From an uncultured Candidatus Saccharibacteria bacterium (GTDB lineage: Bacteria; Patescibacteriota; Minisyncoccia; Phycocordibacterales; UBA9973): DNA of 62,605 bases. Below the pieces are notes generated by a model. It searched no databases, had not been told where the DNA came from, and saw only the letters and a list, made by a program, of their open reading frames with translations. Below are positions 28,850-38,266 of this stretch, one piece after another (the first letter of the stretch is position 1; each line of letters starts with the position of its first letter). The translations under genes were made by a program, and so were the position numbers. The stretch lies in NCBI GenBank assembly GCA_964591445.1, contig CAZQAW010000004.1, positions 1 to 62,605 on the forward strand. The letters are read 5' to 3'.

Positions 28850-30766
28850 ATGTCAAAAATCATTGGAATCGACTTGGGTACAACTAACTCTGCTGTTGCC
28901 ATCATCGAAGGTGGACAGCCGAAAATTATTGAAAACATTGAAGGTGCTCGCACAACGCCTTCTATTGTTGCGCTTGCAAAAAACGGCGACCGCATGGTTG
29001 GACTTCTCGCAAAGCGACAAGCGGTAACAAACCCACAAAATACTATTTACGGAATCAAGCGCTTCATGGGCCACATGTTCGACGACCCAGAAGTTCAGAA
29101 AGATTTGAAAAACGTTCCGTTTAAACTTCAGAAAGGAAAGAACGGCGGAGTCGAAGTAAACATGAACGGAACTTGGATGACCCCAGAAGAAGTTTCTGCG
29201 ATGATTCTTACAAAAATCAAAACTGATGTTGAGGCAAAACTCGGCGAAAAGATTACAGAAGCGATTATTACTGTTCCTGCGTACTTCAACGACGCTCAGC
29301 GAAAAGCGACAAAAGATGCGGGCGCAATTGCCGGCCTCGATGTAAAGCGCATCATCAACGAACCAACAGCCGCTGCGCTTGCATACGGATTTAACTCAAA
29401 GAAAAATGAAAAGATCGTTGTGTACGACTTTGGAGGTGGAACGCTCGACGTGTCTGTGCTTGAAGTTGGAGACGATGTGATCGAAGTGAAATCTACAGAC
29501 GGAGACAGTCATTTGGGAGGCCGCGATATCGACCACAAGATCATCAACTGGATCGCAGATGAATTTAAAAAAGAATCTGGCGTCGATGTTCGCACAGACA
29601 TGCTTGCGCTTCAGCGTTTGGACGAAGCTGCAGAAAAAGCGAAGATTGAACTTTCAACTGCGGTAGAAACTGAAATCAATATTCCGTTTATTACTTCAAC
29701 AGCGGCTGGCCCTCAGCACTTGCTCTTGAAAATGTCTCGCGCTCAACTTGAATCTTTGGCCGAAGAATATATCAATCGTTCAATCGAAATCACAAAGCGC
29801 GCGATCGAAGCTTCTGGTTTCAAGTATTCTGACATCAACGAAATCATCATGGTGGGAGGTCAGACTCGCATGCCGAAAATTGTAGAAGAAGTGAAGAAAG
29901 TGTTTGGAAAAGATCCAAACCGTTCTATCAACCCAGACGAAGTTGTGGCTCTTGGAGCTGCGGTGCAAGGTGGAGTTTTGAAAGGCGAAGTTCGAGACGT
30001 TCTTTTGCTCGACGTTATCCCGCTTTCACTCGGAATCGAAACTTTGGGTGGCGTTGCAACAAAACTTATCGAGCGTAACACAACTATTCCAAGTTCAAAG
30101 TCGCAAGTGTTCTCGACAGCTGCCGACAACCAAACTTCTGTAGAAATTCACATTACGCAAGGTGAACGACCAATGGCTTCAGACAACAAATCTCTTGGAC
30201 GATTTATCTTGGACGGCATTCCGCCAGCACCGCGAGGCATGCCGCAAGTCGAAGTTTCTTTCGATGTTGACGCAAACGGAATCTTGAACGTAACCGCAAA
30301 AGACAAAGCTTCTGGAAAAGCGCAATCTATCCGCATCGAAGCTTCTGGCGGACTCAAAGATGAAGATATCAAACGCATGCAAGCTGAAGCTGAAGCAAAC
30401 GCCGAAGAAGACGCAAAGAAAAAAGAACTTGCTGATGCAAAGAACACTGCTGAAATGACCATCTTTACTGCAGAAAAATCTTTGAAAGAGTATGGTGACA
30501 AAGTTGAAGCAACTTTGAAGACAGCTGTTGAAGAAAAAATCACAGCACTTCGAACTGCAAAAGACGGTACTGACAAAGATGCAATCCATGCCGCAACCGA
30601 AGCTCTTTCAACAGAACTTTCTAAAATCGGCGAAGCAATGTCGGCCCAAGGCCGATCCGCCTCGGGCGGAGCAGAGGACCCTTCGACAAGCTCAGAGCAA
30701 GCAGCCGAAGTTCAAAACGAAGAAATTCCAAATGCTGAAGCAACCCCTGAAGAAAAAAGTGACTGA
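28850..30766 (+). CDS. dnaK: Chaperone DnaK
   Basis: [35 protein letters not shown]. Confidence 0.98.
   Translation: MSKIIGIDLGTTNSAVAIIEGGQPKIIENIEGARTTPSIVALAKNGDRMVGLLAKRQAVTNPQNTIYGIKRFMGHMFDDPEVQKDLKNVPFKLQKGKNGGVEVNMNGTWMTPEEVSAMILTKIKTDVEAKLGEKITEAIITVPAYFNDAQRKATKDAGAIAGLDVKRIINEPTAAALAYGFNSKKNEKIVVYDFGGGTLDVSVLEVGDDVIEVKSTDGDSHLGGRDIDHKIINWIADEFKKESGVDVRTDMLALQRLDEAAEKAKIELSTAVETEINIPFITSTAAGPQHLLLKMSRAQLESLAEEYINRSIEITKRAIEASGFKYSDINEIIMVGGQTRMPKIVEEVKKVFGKDPNRSINPDEVVALGAAVQGGVLKGEVRDVLLLDVIPLSLGIETLGGVATKLIERNTTIPSSKSQVFSTAADNQTSVEIHITQGERPMASDNKSLGRFILDGIPPAPRGMPQVEVSFDVDANGILNVTAKDKASGKAQSIRIEASGGLKDEDIKRMQAEAEANAEEDAKKKELADAKNTAEMTIFTAEKSLKEYGDKVEATLKTAVEEKITALRTAKDGTDKDAIHAATEALSTELSKIGEAMSAQGRSASGGAEDPSTSSEQAAEVQNEEIPNAEATPEEKSD
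30641..30670 (+). repeat. In-frame 30-nt twin-hairpin element in the dnaK tail ([10 protein letters not shown])
   Basis: TCGGCC-CAA-GGCCGA followed by TCCGCC-TCG-GGCGGA; both stems perfect. Confidence 0.8.
30679..30702 (+). repeat. Second short element in the dnaK tail (PSTSSEQA)
   Basis: CCCTTCGACAAGCTCAGAGCAAGC resembles a recurrent PSTSSG/PFDKLR coding insert (recalled, unverified). Confidence 0.45.
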
Positions 30767-30884
30767 GCAAAGTAAAAAATAATTTAATAAAAGCACAAAA
30801 AGAACCCTAAATCTAGGGTTCTTTTTGTGCTTGCTATTTTGTATTATTTGTTGTAATATATGTAAAACTAAAAATTATATTAAT

Positions 30885-31295
30885 ATGGCAAATACACAAT
30901 CAGCTTATTTTAACAGAACAGTAAGTTATTTAACAAATTTAATCCACAATAAAAGAAAGGATGATGGGGGCAACCAAAGACTCAATTCAAAATTGATTAT
31001 TTTGGAAAGTGTCTTCGCCACAAAAATTAGTGAGCTTGGGTTATTGCCTAGGACATTTAATGTCTTAAATAATTATAGTTCAAGCGAATTTTCTAAAATT
31101 AATACTTTTGAAGATTTAATGCACTTTGCTCCGGACGATTTTATTAAATTTAGAGGTTTTGGAAAAAAAAGCATGACGGATCTTATGAAAGTCATCTCTG
31201 AGAAAGGTTTTGAGTACGGAGAATACCAAGGCTCCAAATCTGCCCGAAATGATTGGTTCCATAATAATAATTGTTGGAAATTTGTTGGGAACTGA
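30885..31295 (+). CDS. Stand-alone RNA polymerase alpha-CTD-like protein
   Basis: ISELGLLPRTFNVL...INTFEDL...KFRGFGKKSMTDL aligns with the rpoA tail IDTLDLSTRTLNAL...IRTVGGI...LPGMGEKGIQEI. Confidence 0.75.
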   Translation: MANTQSAYFNRTVSYLTNLIHNKRKDDGGNQRLNSKLIILESVFATKISELGLLPRTFNVLNNYSSSEFSKINTFEDLMHFAPDDFIKFRGFGKKSMTDLMKVISEKGFEYGEYQGSKSARNDWFHNNNCWKFVGN

Positions 31296-31396
31296 AAATT
31301 TTAGACTCCACTATTTACTTTAAGCACCCAGATAGCGCCTAAAGCTCTGTCTGGTTTTTTTATTGCCGGAAAAATGGTATAATAGGTCACATTTAT

Positions 31397-32269
31397 ATGG
31401 CAAAAGATTATTACAAAACTCTTGGTGTGGGGAAAAATGCCAGCCAAGACGAAATCAAGAAAGCATTTCGCAAAATGGCGCACCAGTATCACCCCGACAA
31501 AAACAAGGGTGATGATTCGAAATTCAAAGAAATAAACGAAGCTTATCAAACTCTTTCCGATGAAAAGAAGCGTGCACAGTACGACCAATTTGGCAGTGAC
31601 GGACCATCCTTCGCCGGAGGAGGCTATGGCGCAGGGAGCCAAGGCTTTGGTGGTTTCGATTTTTCTGGATTTCAAAATGGCCAAGGCTTCGACATGGGAG
31701 ATTTGGGAGACATTTTCTCAGACTTTTTTTCCGCCCAAGGCGGACCAGCCTCGGGCTGGGGTGGTAGTCGAACACGTCGTGGTCGCGATATTTCGACTGA
31801 AATCAGCCTCGCATTTTCCGAGGCTGTTTTTGGCGTAGAAAAAACAATTGCGATTACAAAACAATCGACGTGCGAAACATGCAAAGGAAGTGGCGCAAAA
31901 CCTGGAACAAAGATGAAGACGTGTGCAAAATGTAAAGGCCAAGGACAGATCCGACAAACAAAAAGATCTATCTTGGGAACGTTTGAAAATGTAACAATGT
32001 GTGACGAATGTTTCGGGTCTGGCCAAACTCCGGAAGAAAAATGTGGAACTTGCAAAGGCCATGGCGTTCATAACAAACAAGAAACAATCAAGCTTACCAT
32101 TCCGTCCGGCATCAACAATGGCGAAATGGTAAAACTTTCAGGCTACGGCGAAGCAGTCTCGCACGGCAAAACAGGAGACTTGTACGTCAAAATAAAAATA
32201 AAGAAACCAGGCAAACTGTCACAAAAAGCAAAAGAAGCACTTGAAGTTTTGCAGAAAGAGGGGATATAG
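31397..32269 (+). CDS. dnaJ: Chaperone DnaJ, internally deleted (290 aa)
   Basis: J domain with HPD, G/F region, four CxxCxGxG motifs, only one C-terminal beta domain. Confidence 0.93.
   Translation: MAKDYYKTLGVGKNASQDEIKKAFRKMAHQYHPDKNKGDDSKFKEINEAYQTLSDEKKRAQYDQFGSDGPSFAGGGYGAGSQGFGGFDFSGFQNGQGFDMGDLGDIFSDFFSAQGGPASGWGGSRTRRGRDISTEISLAFSEAVFGVEKTIAITKQSTCETCKGSGAKPGTKMKTCAKCKGQGQIRQTKRSILGTFENVTMCDECFGSGQTPEEKCGTCKGHGVHNKQETIKLTIPSGINNGEMVKLSGYGEAVSHGKTGDLYVKIKIKKPGKLSQKAKEALEVLQKEGI
31730..31759 (+). repeat. In-frame 30-nt twin-hairpin element in the dnaJ G/F linker ([10 protein letters not shown])
   Basis: TCCGCC-CAA-GGCGGA followed by CCAGCC-TCG-GGCTGG. Confidence 0.8.
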
Positions 32270-32301
32270 GATTTAAGTTTTTGTGCTACAATAAAAACAT
32301 T

Positions 32302-32691
32302 ATGGAACATTTCGGAGAACACGTGACAATAGACGGATACGGTGGAGATATGGAACTGCTTAATAGTGAATCCGGTGTCACAAATCTTATAAATGGCTTA
32401 GTTTCAAAACTCGGCATGCATGGGCTTATCGAGCCTGTTGTGGTTAATGCGCCCGACAATGGTATCAAAGACCCTGGTGGCTGGAGTGGTTTTATTATTA
32501 TTGCTGAAAGCCATATTGCAATACACACATTTCCGAAAAGGGGATTCGTAAGTGCCGACGTTTACACATGCCAAAATGGTTTAGATACTCAAACAGTCAT
32601 AGACACGTTCAAAGAAGCTTTCAAACTCAAAGATGTTGAGACGAACTTTATAAAGCGGGGGACTCGTTATCCTCTAAAAAATATTTATTAA
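32302..32691 (+). CDS. speD: S-adenosylmethionine decarboxylase proenzyme family (class 1B)
   Basis: GEHVTID, GWSGFIIIAESHIAIHTFP self-cleavage ESH motif, DVYTC. Confidence 0.88.
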   Translation: MEHFGEHVTIDGYGGDMELLNSESGVTNLINGLVSKLGMHGLIEPVVVNAPDNGIKDPGGWSGFIIIAESHIAIHTFPKRGFVSADVYTCQNGLDTQTVIDTFKEAFKLKDVETNFIKRGTRYPLKNIY

Positions 32692-32694
32692 AAC

Positions 32695-33324
32695 ATGGAT
32701 ATTGGAATTATCGCGGGCGGACTTTCTTTAATTGCTTTCGGAGTGTACATTTATAATATCATTTTTGGTCAGACTCGACCCTCTCGTTCGTCTTGGTGGA
32801 TTATTTCAGTTGTGTGGATTGTCCTACTTCTAAGCTCCCTTTCTTTATCTCCAGGAGAAACTTGGATAGAAAAATGGAATACACTACCGGCAAATTGGAT
32901 TTCGTTGGTGTATATTGTTGCTTCGCTTGTCATAGCAATTTTATCAATAAAAAAAGGTTCTGGCGAAAAGTGGGAATTTTTTGATTATTGCTGTGCTGTG
33001 CTCGCGGTAATATCTTTAGTATTTTACATTGGATTCCATGCGCCCTTATTAAGTCTCGTGACTGCTTTACTTGCTGACTTTTTCGGTATTTTACCAACAG
33101 TGAAAAATGCGTGGAGATATCCCCGCAACGAACATTTTTTCGCATGGTTGCTGGAAGTCGTCGCAAGTATTCTTACTCTAAGCTTGGTAACAAACTGGAC
33201 GCTGACACAAGAAGGATTTGCTCAGTGGGGAAGCCCAAGCTATCTCACTATTATGAATGGCTTAATTACTTTGTGTATTATGCGACGTTTCTTTTATAAA
33301 CGTGTACAAAACCAGAAATCTTGA
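32695..33324 (+). CDS. Multi-pass membrane hypothetical protein
   Basis: About seven hydrophobic segments; GQTRPSRSSWWI and PTVKNAWRYP internal repeat pattern. Confidence 0.75.
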   Translation: MDIGIIAGGLSLIAFGVYIYNIIFGQTRPSRSSWWIISVVWIVLLLSSLSLSPGETWIEKWNTLPANWISLVYIVASLVIAILSIKKGSGEKWEFFDYCCAVLAVISLVFYIGFHAPLLSLVTALLADFFGILPTVKNAWRYPRNEHFFAWLLEVVASILTLSLVTNWTLTQEGFAQWGSPSYLTIMNGLITLCIMRRFFYKRVQNQKS

Positions 33325-33339
33325 TATAGTTAGCAGTAT

Positions 33340-33489
33340 ATGAACCAGAATGACCAAACAATATACAGTAAAATTATCCTATGGGTTTTCTTGTTCTCCA
33401 TACTTTCTGCCTGCGTGCAATCATACTATCACTATATTGTAAAAAAAGATTTTCTTGTTACAGAAGAAGCTTCTCTTGAAACTAATTAA
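33340..33489 (+). CDS. 49-aa single-TM small protein (absent from ORF track)
   Basis: MNQNDQTIYSKIILWVFLFSILSACVQSYYHYIVKKDFLVTEEASLETN; TGA-TATAGT -10-like box upstream. Confidence 0.5.
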   Translation: MNQNDQTIYSKIILWVFLFSILSACVQSYYHYIVKKDFLVTEEASLETN

Positions 33490-33877
33490 AATCTTCCTCT
33501 TTGTAGCCGCGTCGTTCAAACCAATCTTCCTCGTAGTCTCTGTAATTACAAAGAAGTTCTTCGCCTTCATTGATGTCACGCATAGCAATATCTTTGTCGG
33601 GTGTTGATTGGATATTTGGAGTATTTGAAGAATGATTGATAAACCTTTGGTCATCCGCGCACATGATAAATTTGTTGATTGAATGATCGTAATAACAATG
33701 CCATAGGAATTTTTCTCTCGTTTCTTTTTCTAAAAAAGAAACATCTTTCTCCGTAAACTCAATATCAAGACCAGGGTCTCGCTGCCACGTAATTGTTCCT
33801 TTTGGAATAAATTGCGCAGCAAAAAGACCGATACCGTGAGTATCGCTTGTTTTAACACTTGTTCGGACTCGTAACAT
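33482..33877 (-). CDS. SET domain protein (putative lysine methyltransferase)
   Basis: HGIGLFA, RFINHS, EELLCNY SET motifs. Confidence 0.92.
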   Translation of the reverse strand: MLRVRTSVKTSDTHGIGLFAAQFIPKGTITWQRDPGLDIEFTEKDVSFLEKETREKFLWHCYYDHSINKFIMCADDQRFINHSSNTPNIQSTPDKDIAMRDINEGEELLCNYRDYEEDWFERRGYKEEDFN

Positions 33878-33898
33878 ATTGCTATACTATACACTATT

Positions 33899-34891
33899 AT
33901 GACTACAACAACAACGCGTCTGACTGCAAAACGAGTCTATCAAGCAACGTATGATTATTGTAAAAAAGCAGGGTATATTGCTGATCTTAGAAAAAGTTTA
34001 GAAGTGAGCGAAGAAGAGCGTTTCAATAAGCGTACTATTTCTCAAGAAGGGTTAGACATCTTAGATGCAGTTCATTGCGTGGATGATAAAAAACGATCGA
34101 TGCTTTTTCTTTCCGAAATAACTCGATCAGTGAAGCCAGGTATGTCAATTTTGGAAGCGGGTCTCGGTACCGGCATGCTTTCTTTTGGGGCTGCTATAAA
34201 ACAAGTGAAGGTGGTGGGTCTTGAAATCAACCAAGCTATTTTTAAACTTGCGCAAAAGATTCTTACTGCTCTTTCTATTCCACTTAAACTTGATATAAAG
34301 AATGTATATTTTCAAAAAGCTAACGCAATGAAATATAAAACAAAAGAAAAATTTGACGTTATCATAAGTGAAAATCTTTACACAGGCATGTTTTATGAAA
34401 AACAAGTCCAGATCATGAACCACTTAAGTACTTTTTTGAAAAAGAACGGCATAACTATACCATCTGCCATGCGAAGTGGTATTGTTCTTTCTGAAACTCG
34501 TTTTCCGTATGTTCCTAAAAGTCAGGAACTTTTTGTACCATTAGAAATAGGGAAATCACTCAAGATAACTCATCTTTCAAAGAGTACTACTTATTCAGAA
34601 CTTATTTTTTCCAAGAAAAATGCTCTAGGGGTAGATATCTCACTTAACGTTCCTATTATGCGAAGTGGGCACATTAACAGTGTGCTTGTCTGGTCAGAAG
34701 TGTTATTACCTAGTAAACGCGTTATAAAAAGAACTGATACAACTTTTCTCAATAATGATATCGTTATCTCTCTTAAAAAAACAATGCGGGTAAAAAAGGG
34801 AGAGACCATCCAGCTTACTTTACGTTACAAGTATGGCGATAAGCCCAACCAAGCTCGTATAGGTCTCAATTCTATTGGTAAAATAAAATAA
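33899..34891 (+). CDS. PRMT-like class I SAM-dependent methyltransferase
   Basis: ILEAGLGTGMLS, VVGLE, FDVIISENLYTGMFYEKQV double-E loop, beta-rich C-terminal domain. Confidence 0.8.
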   Translation: MTTTTTRLTAKRVYQATYDYCKKAGYIADLRKSLEVSEEERFNKRTISQEGLDILDAVHCVDDKKRSMLFLSEITRSVKPGMSILEAGLGTGMLSFGAAIKQVKVVGLEINQAIFKLAQKILTALSIPLKLDIKNVYFQKANAMKYKTKEKFDVIISENLYTGMFYEKQVQIMNHLSTFLKKNGITIPSAMRSGIVLSETRFPYVPKSQELFVPLEIGKSLKITHLSKSTTYSELIFSKKNALGVDISLNVPIMRSGHINSVLVWSEVLLPSKRVIKRTDTTFLNNDIVISLKKTMRVKKGETIQLTLRYKYGDKPNQARIGLNSIGKIK

Positions 34892-34909
34892 GTCTGTTAC
34901 TATATTGGT

Positions 34910-36565
34910 ATGCTTGCAGCACTTTGCAATTATCCTACTCCACAATTTCTTTTTTTCTCTGAAAATGTTCCGACTCTCGTATACTATTCTCACCTGCCAG
35001 TGATTGTCATCGCACTTCTTCTGGGTTTTTTCGTATACAAAAGAGGAGAAAATTCTCTGCCGAATAAAATCATGTTTTATACCCTGATGGCTTTTGCTGC
35101 GTGGGTACTTCTTGATTCAATATTCTGGGCCGCGAATAGAAGCGACATCATTATGTTTGTGTGGTCGCTTCAAGTACTTATCGAGCCAGCAGTTCATGCG
35201 GGGTGTCTCTATCTTATACAAGTCCTTATAACTAAAAAAGATACGTCCCCACAGCAAAAAGTATTACTTTTTGCCTTATATCTACCTATCATACTTCTAG
35301 TACCAACGCCGTTTATTCTTTCCAGCTTCGATCTTACAACATGTCTAAGTAATGAGACATTCTTTTCTTACTACACCTATGTCCTCGAAGGTATTTTCAC
35401 GCTTTGGATACTAGGGTTTGCTGTTAAGCATTATCGTCTTGCAAAAACTTTAGAGAAAAAAAGAGAAATTGCTTACCTCACATTCGGTATTATTTTATTT
35501 CTTGTGGCGTTTTCCTGGGGAGCAATTACAGGAAGCTTTGCTGAAGATTGGAACTTGGCACAGGCTGGTCTTATAGGAATGCCAATATTCGCTTTCTTTC
35601 TTGTGTATTCAATCGTTCGCTACCAAACTTTTAATATTAAACTTATTGCAAGTCAAGCTCTGGTTGCAGCACTTGTCATCTTGGTCGGTGCTCAATTTGT
35701 ATTCACTCAAAACACTACAGGACGAGTTCTGACTACAACTACTTTTCTTGGCGCTATTATTTTCGGAATCTTCCTTATCCGAAGTGTAAAACGTGAAATA
35801 CAGCAACGTAAAAGGACGGAAGAATTAGCAATTGACCTTGCCGAAGCGAATGAAAAGTTGAAAGGTCTTGACAAATTGAAGACTGAATTTCTTTCGCTTG
35901 CGTCACACCAACTTCGAAGTCCTTTGACCGCTATCAAAGGTTATGCTTCGATGCTGCTTGAAAATTCTTTTGGTGAACTGAGAGATCAAAAGCAACGCGA
36001 AGCAGTTGATCGTATTTTCCAATCAAGCATGAACCTCACCAAAACGGTGGAGGATTTGCTGAACGTTTCCAAGATCGAGCAAGGCGGCATGAAATACGAA
36101 TTCATGGAACTCGATGTTGCAAAACTTGCAGAAGAAATTACAAATGAACTTTCAGTTACGGCACAAAATAAAGGTTTGGCACTTACGTTTGAAACAGATG
36201 ACAGTAAACCGTATCTTATTTCGGGCGACTCAAACAAACTCCGCCAAGTGTTCGTGAACTTTATTGACAACTCTATCAAATATACCAAAGAGGGTTTTAT
36301 CAAAGTAAAAGTTGCTAAAAGCGAAGACAAGAAACAGATTGTTTTCTCTGTCACTGATTCGGGCATGGGTATGACGCCGGAAATCAAAGCGCAACTGTTC
36401 CAAAAATTTGCCCGCGCCGAAGGCGGCAAAATGAACGCCGGCGGCTCCGGCCTTGGACTTTACTTAGCAAAAGAAATCGTTGAAGCACATAAAGGAACAG
36501 TCGACGTCACATCGAGAGGCATGGAGCAGGGTTCTACTTTTTCTGTTACGCTTGCTTCGCTATAG
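34910..36565 (+). CDS. Membrane sensor histidine kinase (multi-TM, HisKA, HATPase_c)
   Basis: ASHQLRSPL H-box, NFIDNSIKY N-box, DSGMG, GSGLGL. Confidence 0.93.
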   Translation: MLAALCNYPTPQFLFFSENVPTLVYYSHLPVIVIALLLGFFVYKRGENSLPNKIMFYTLMAFAAWVLLDSIFWAANRSDIIMFVWSLQVLIEPAVHAGCLYLIQVLITKKDTSPQQKVLLFALYLPIILLVPTPFILSSFDLTTCLSNETFFSYYTYVLEGIFTLWILGFAVKHYRLAKTLEKKREIAYLTFGIILFLVAFSWGAITGSFAEDWNLAQAGLIGMPIFAFFLVYSIVRYQTFNIKLIASQALVAALVILVGAQFVFTQNTTGRVLTTTTFLGAIIFGIFLIRSVKREIQQRKRTEELAIDLAEANEKLKGLDKLKTEFLSLASHQLRSPLTAIKGYASMLLENSFGELRDQKQREAVDRIFQSSMNLTKTVEDLLNVSKIEQGGMKYEFMELDVAKLAEEITNELSVTAQNKGLALTFETDDSKPYLISGDSNKLRQVFVNFIDNSIKYTKEGFIKVKVAKSEDKKQIVFSVTDSGMGMTPEIKAQLFQKFARAEGGKMNAGGSGLGLYLAKEIVEAHKGTVDVTSRGMEQGSTFSVTLASL

Positions 36566-37741
36566 ACCTAGACCAAGCACTTTATCAAAAGCCAAAAGCG
36601 TGGCTTTTTTGTTTTCGTTTGAGACAGTTTTGTCTTTGAACATTTTCCAAGCAATACCAAGCGCTTTTGGAATTCCAAGATCTTTATTGATTGCTTCGTT
36701 AAACAGCGTGACATAGTTTGTATCGGGTTCGCCAACAACTTCGCCAAAGTTTTGGAACGTTTTGTGCAGTTTTGCGAGTGCAGTTGCCGCCGCATCCAAA
36801 CCTTCCCATGTAAAGTTGAGCGGTGTTTTGTAGTGGTTGAGCAAATTCAAATATCGAAAAGCAAGCGGGTCGTAGCCTTTTTCAACCACATCTCGCAAAG
36901 TATAAAAATTGTCTGCGGACTTTGCCATTTTCTTGCCGTCAACCAAAAGCCATTCGTTGTGCATCCAGATATTTACAAATTTGTGGCCAGTCGCACATTC
37001 AGACTGAGCGATTTCATTTTCATGATGGGGGAACATGTTGTCGCGTCCGCCAGTATGAATGTCTATGTGCTCACCGAGATTTTTCATACTCATAGCAGAA
37101 CACTCGATGTGCCAACCAGGTCGGCCTTTACCAAGTGACGTTTGCCAAAAAACATCTCCGTCAGTTTCGTCGTATGCTTTCCACAGTGCGAAATCTTGCA
37201 CGTTGTCTTTTTCGTATTCGTCGCTTTTGATGCGGCCGCTCGCATTGCTCTTCAAGCTTTCCATATCCAAATGCGCAAGCTTGCCGTATTCTTTATCTTT
37301 AGCGATGTCAAAATATACGCTGCCATCTTCGCTCTTGTAGGCGAAACCTTTTTCCAAAAGCGTTTCAATAATCGTCACCATTTCATCAATATAATCCGTC
37401 GCTTTCGGGTACACATCTGCCGGTAAGATATTCAGCATGTCACGGTCTTTGTAAAATTCTTCCGTGTAAAATTCGGTAAACTCTTTCAAACTTTTACTAG
37501 CTTTTTGTGAATCACGGATCGTTTTGTCGTCGATATCGGTCAAATTCATGACGTGTTTTACGTTGTAGTTATTGTATGAAAGCGTGCGTTTCAAAAGATC
37601 AGCAAATATATATGCTCGGTAGTTTCCGATATGTGGGTAGTTGTAAACAGTTGGACCACAAGTATAGAGACTTATTTGCGAAGCATTGATCGGCACAAAC
37701 TCTTCTTCTTTTTTTGTCAGGCTGTTGTAGATGGTAAGCAT
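36560..37741 (-). CDS. cysS: Cysteinyl-tRNA synthetase, C-terminally truncated (393 aa)
   Basis: TCGPTVY, HIGN, GWHIECSAM, FPHHENE, KMAKS; stops at DKVLGLGL. Confidence 0.92.
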   Translation of the reverse strand: MLTIYNSLTKKEEEFVPINASQISLYTCGPTVYNYPHIGNYRAYIFADLLKRTLSYNNYNVKHVMNLTDIDDKTIRDSQKASKSLKEFTEFYTEEFYKDRDMLNILPADVYPKATDYIDEMVTIIETLLEKGFAYKSEDGSVYFDIAKDKEYGKLAHLDMESLKSNASGRIKSDEYEKDNVQDFALWKAYDETDGDVFWQTSLGKGRPGWHIECSAMSMKNLGEHIDIHTGGRDNMFPHHENEIAQSECATGHKFVNIWMHNEWLLVDGKKMAKSADNFYTLRDVVEKGYDPLAFRYLNLLNHYKTPLNFTWEGLDAAATALAKLHKTFQNFGEVVGEPDTNYVTLFNEAINKDLGIPKALGIAWKMFKDKTVSNENKKATLLAFDKVLGLGL

Positions 37742-37742
37742 G

Positions 37743-38180
37743 TTAGAGCAAAACTATGAGGGCGATAAGTACGACGATAATAATGGCGATGAGGATGTTG
37801 GTAGTTCGAGAAGATTTCTTTGCGCGGGCGAGTTCGGCGTGCATTCCATGTTTAAATGCTTTGTAGTCTTTGTGGTACGCTTTTGCGAGTTCTTCGAGGA
37901 TAAGCATGTGCACGTATTCTACTTTTTCTGAAAATGGATTGTTGAGCGCTTGATGTGCAGACTCGAGCCGATAGCGCGCATGATCCAAAAATTCAAAATG
38001 CTTGTCGTGAACGGTAATGATCGTGTTTCCGCTACGCATTATTTTTAAAGGTGTGTCAAATACGACAAGTTCCTTGATCTGCATCCGCGGCAAGTCTTCC
38101 TCGGTAAAAGTAAACTCTTCCTCGGTTGGGCTTTGCAAATCCGTCCAAAGCAAATCCTTGTATTTATAGGTCGAAATCAC
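37743..38180 (-). CDS. Small protein with CorA-like N-terminus and one C-terminal TM
   Basis: YKDLLWTDLQSPTEEE resembles the CorA N-terminus; GTG start 6 nt after TATACT. Confidence 0.55.
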   Translation of the reverse strand: MISTYKYKDLLWTDLQSPTEEEFTFTEEDLPRMQIKELVVFDTPLKIMRSGNTIITVHDKHFEFLDHARYRLESAHQALNNPFSEKVEYVHMLILEELAKAYHKDYKAFKHGMHAELARAKKSSRTTNILIAIIIVVLIALIVLL

Positions 38181-38266
38181 ACCCCAAGTATAGGCCAAAA
38201 ATGCCTTAAACTCAAGGAATAAGCGGCTTTATTGACTTTTGTAAGCCATTCTGCTACTATTGCCGT

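Noticed and set aside
36480-36562. Stop read-through or frameshift restoring the CysRS C-terminus
   Set aside because: Downstream minus frames give only antisense kinase sequence with no anticodon-domain motif.
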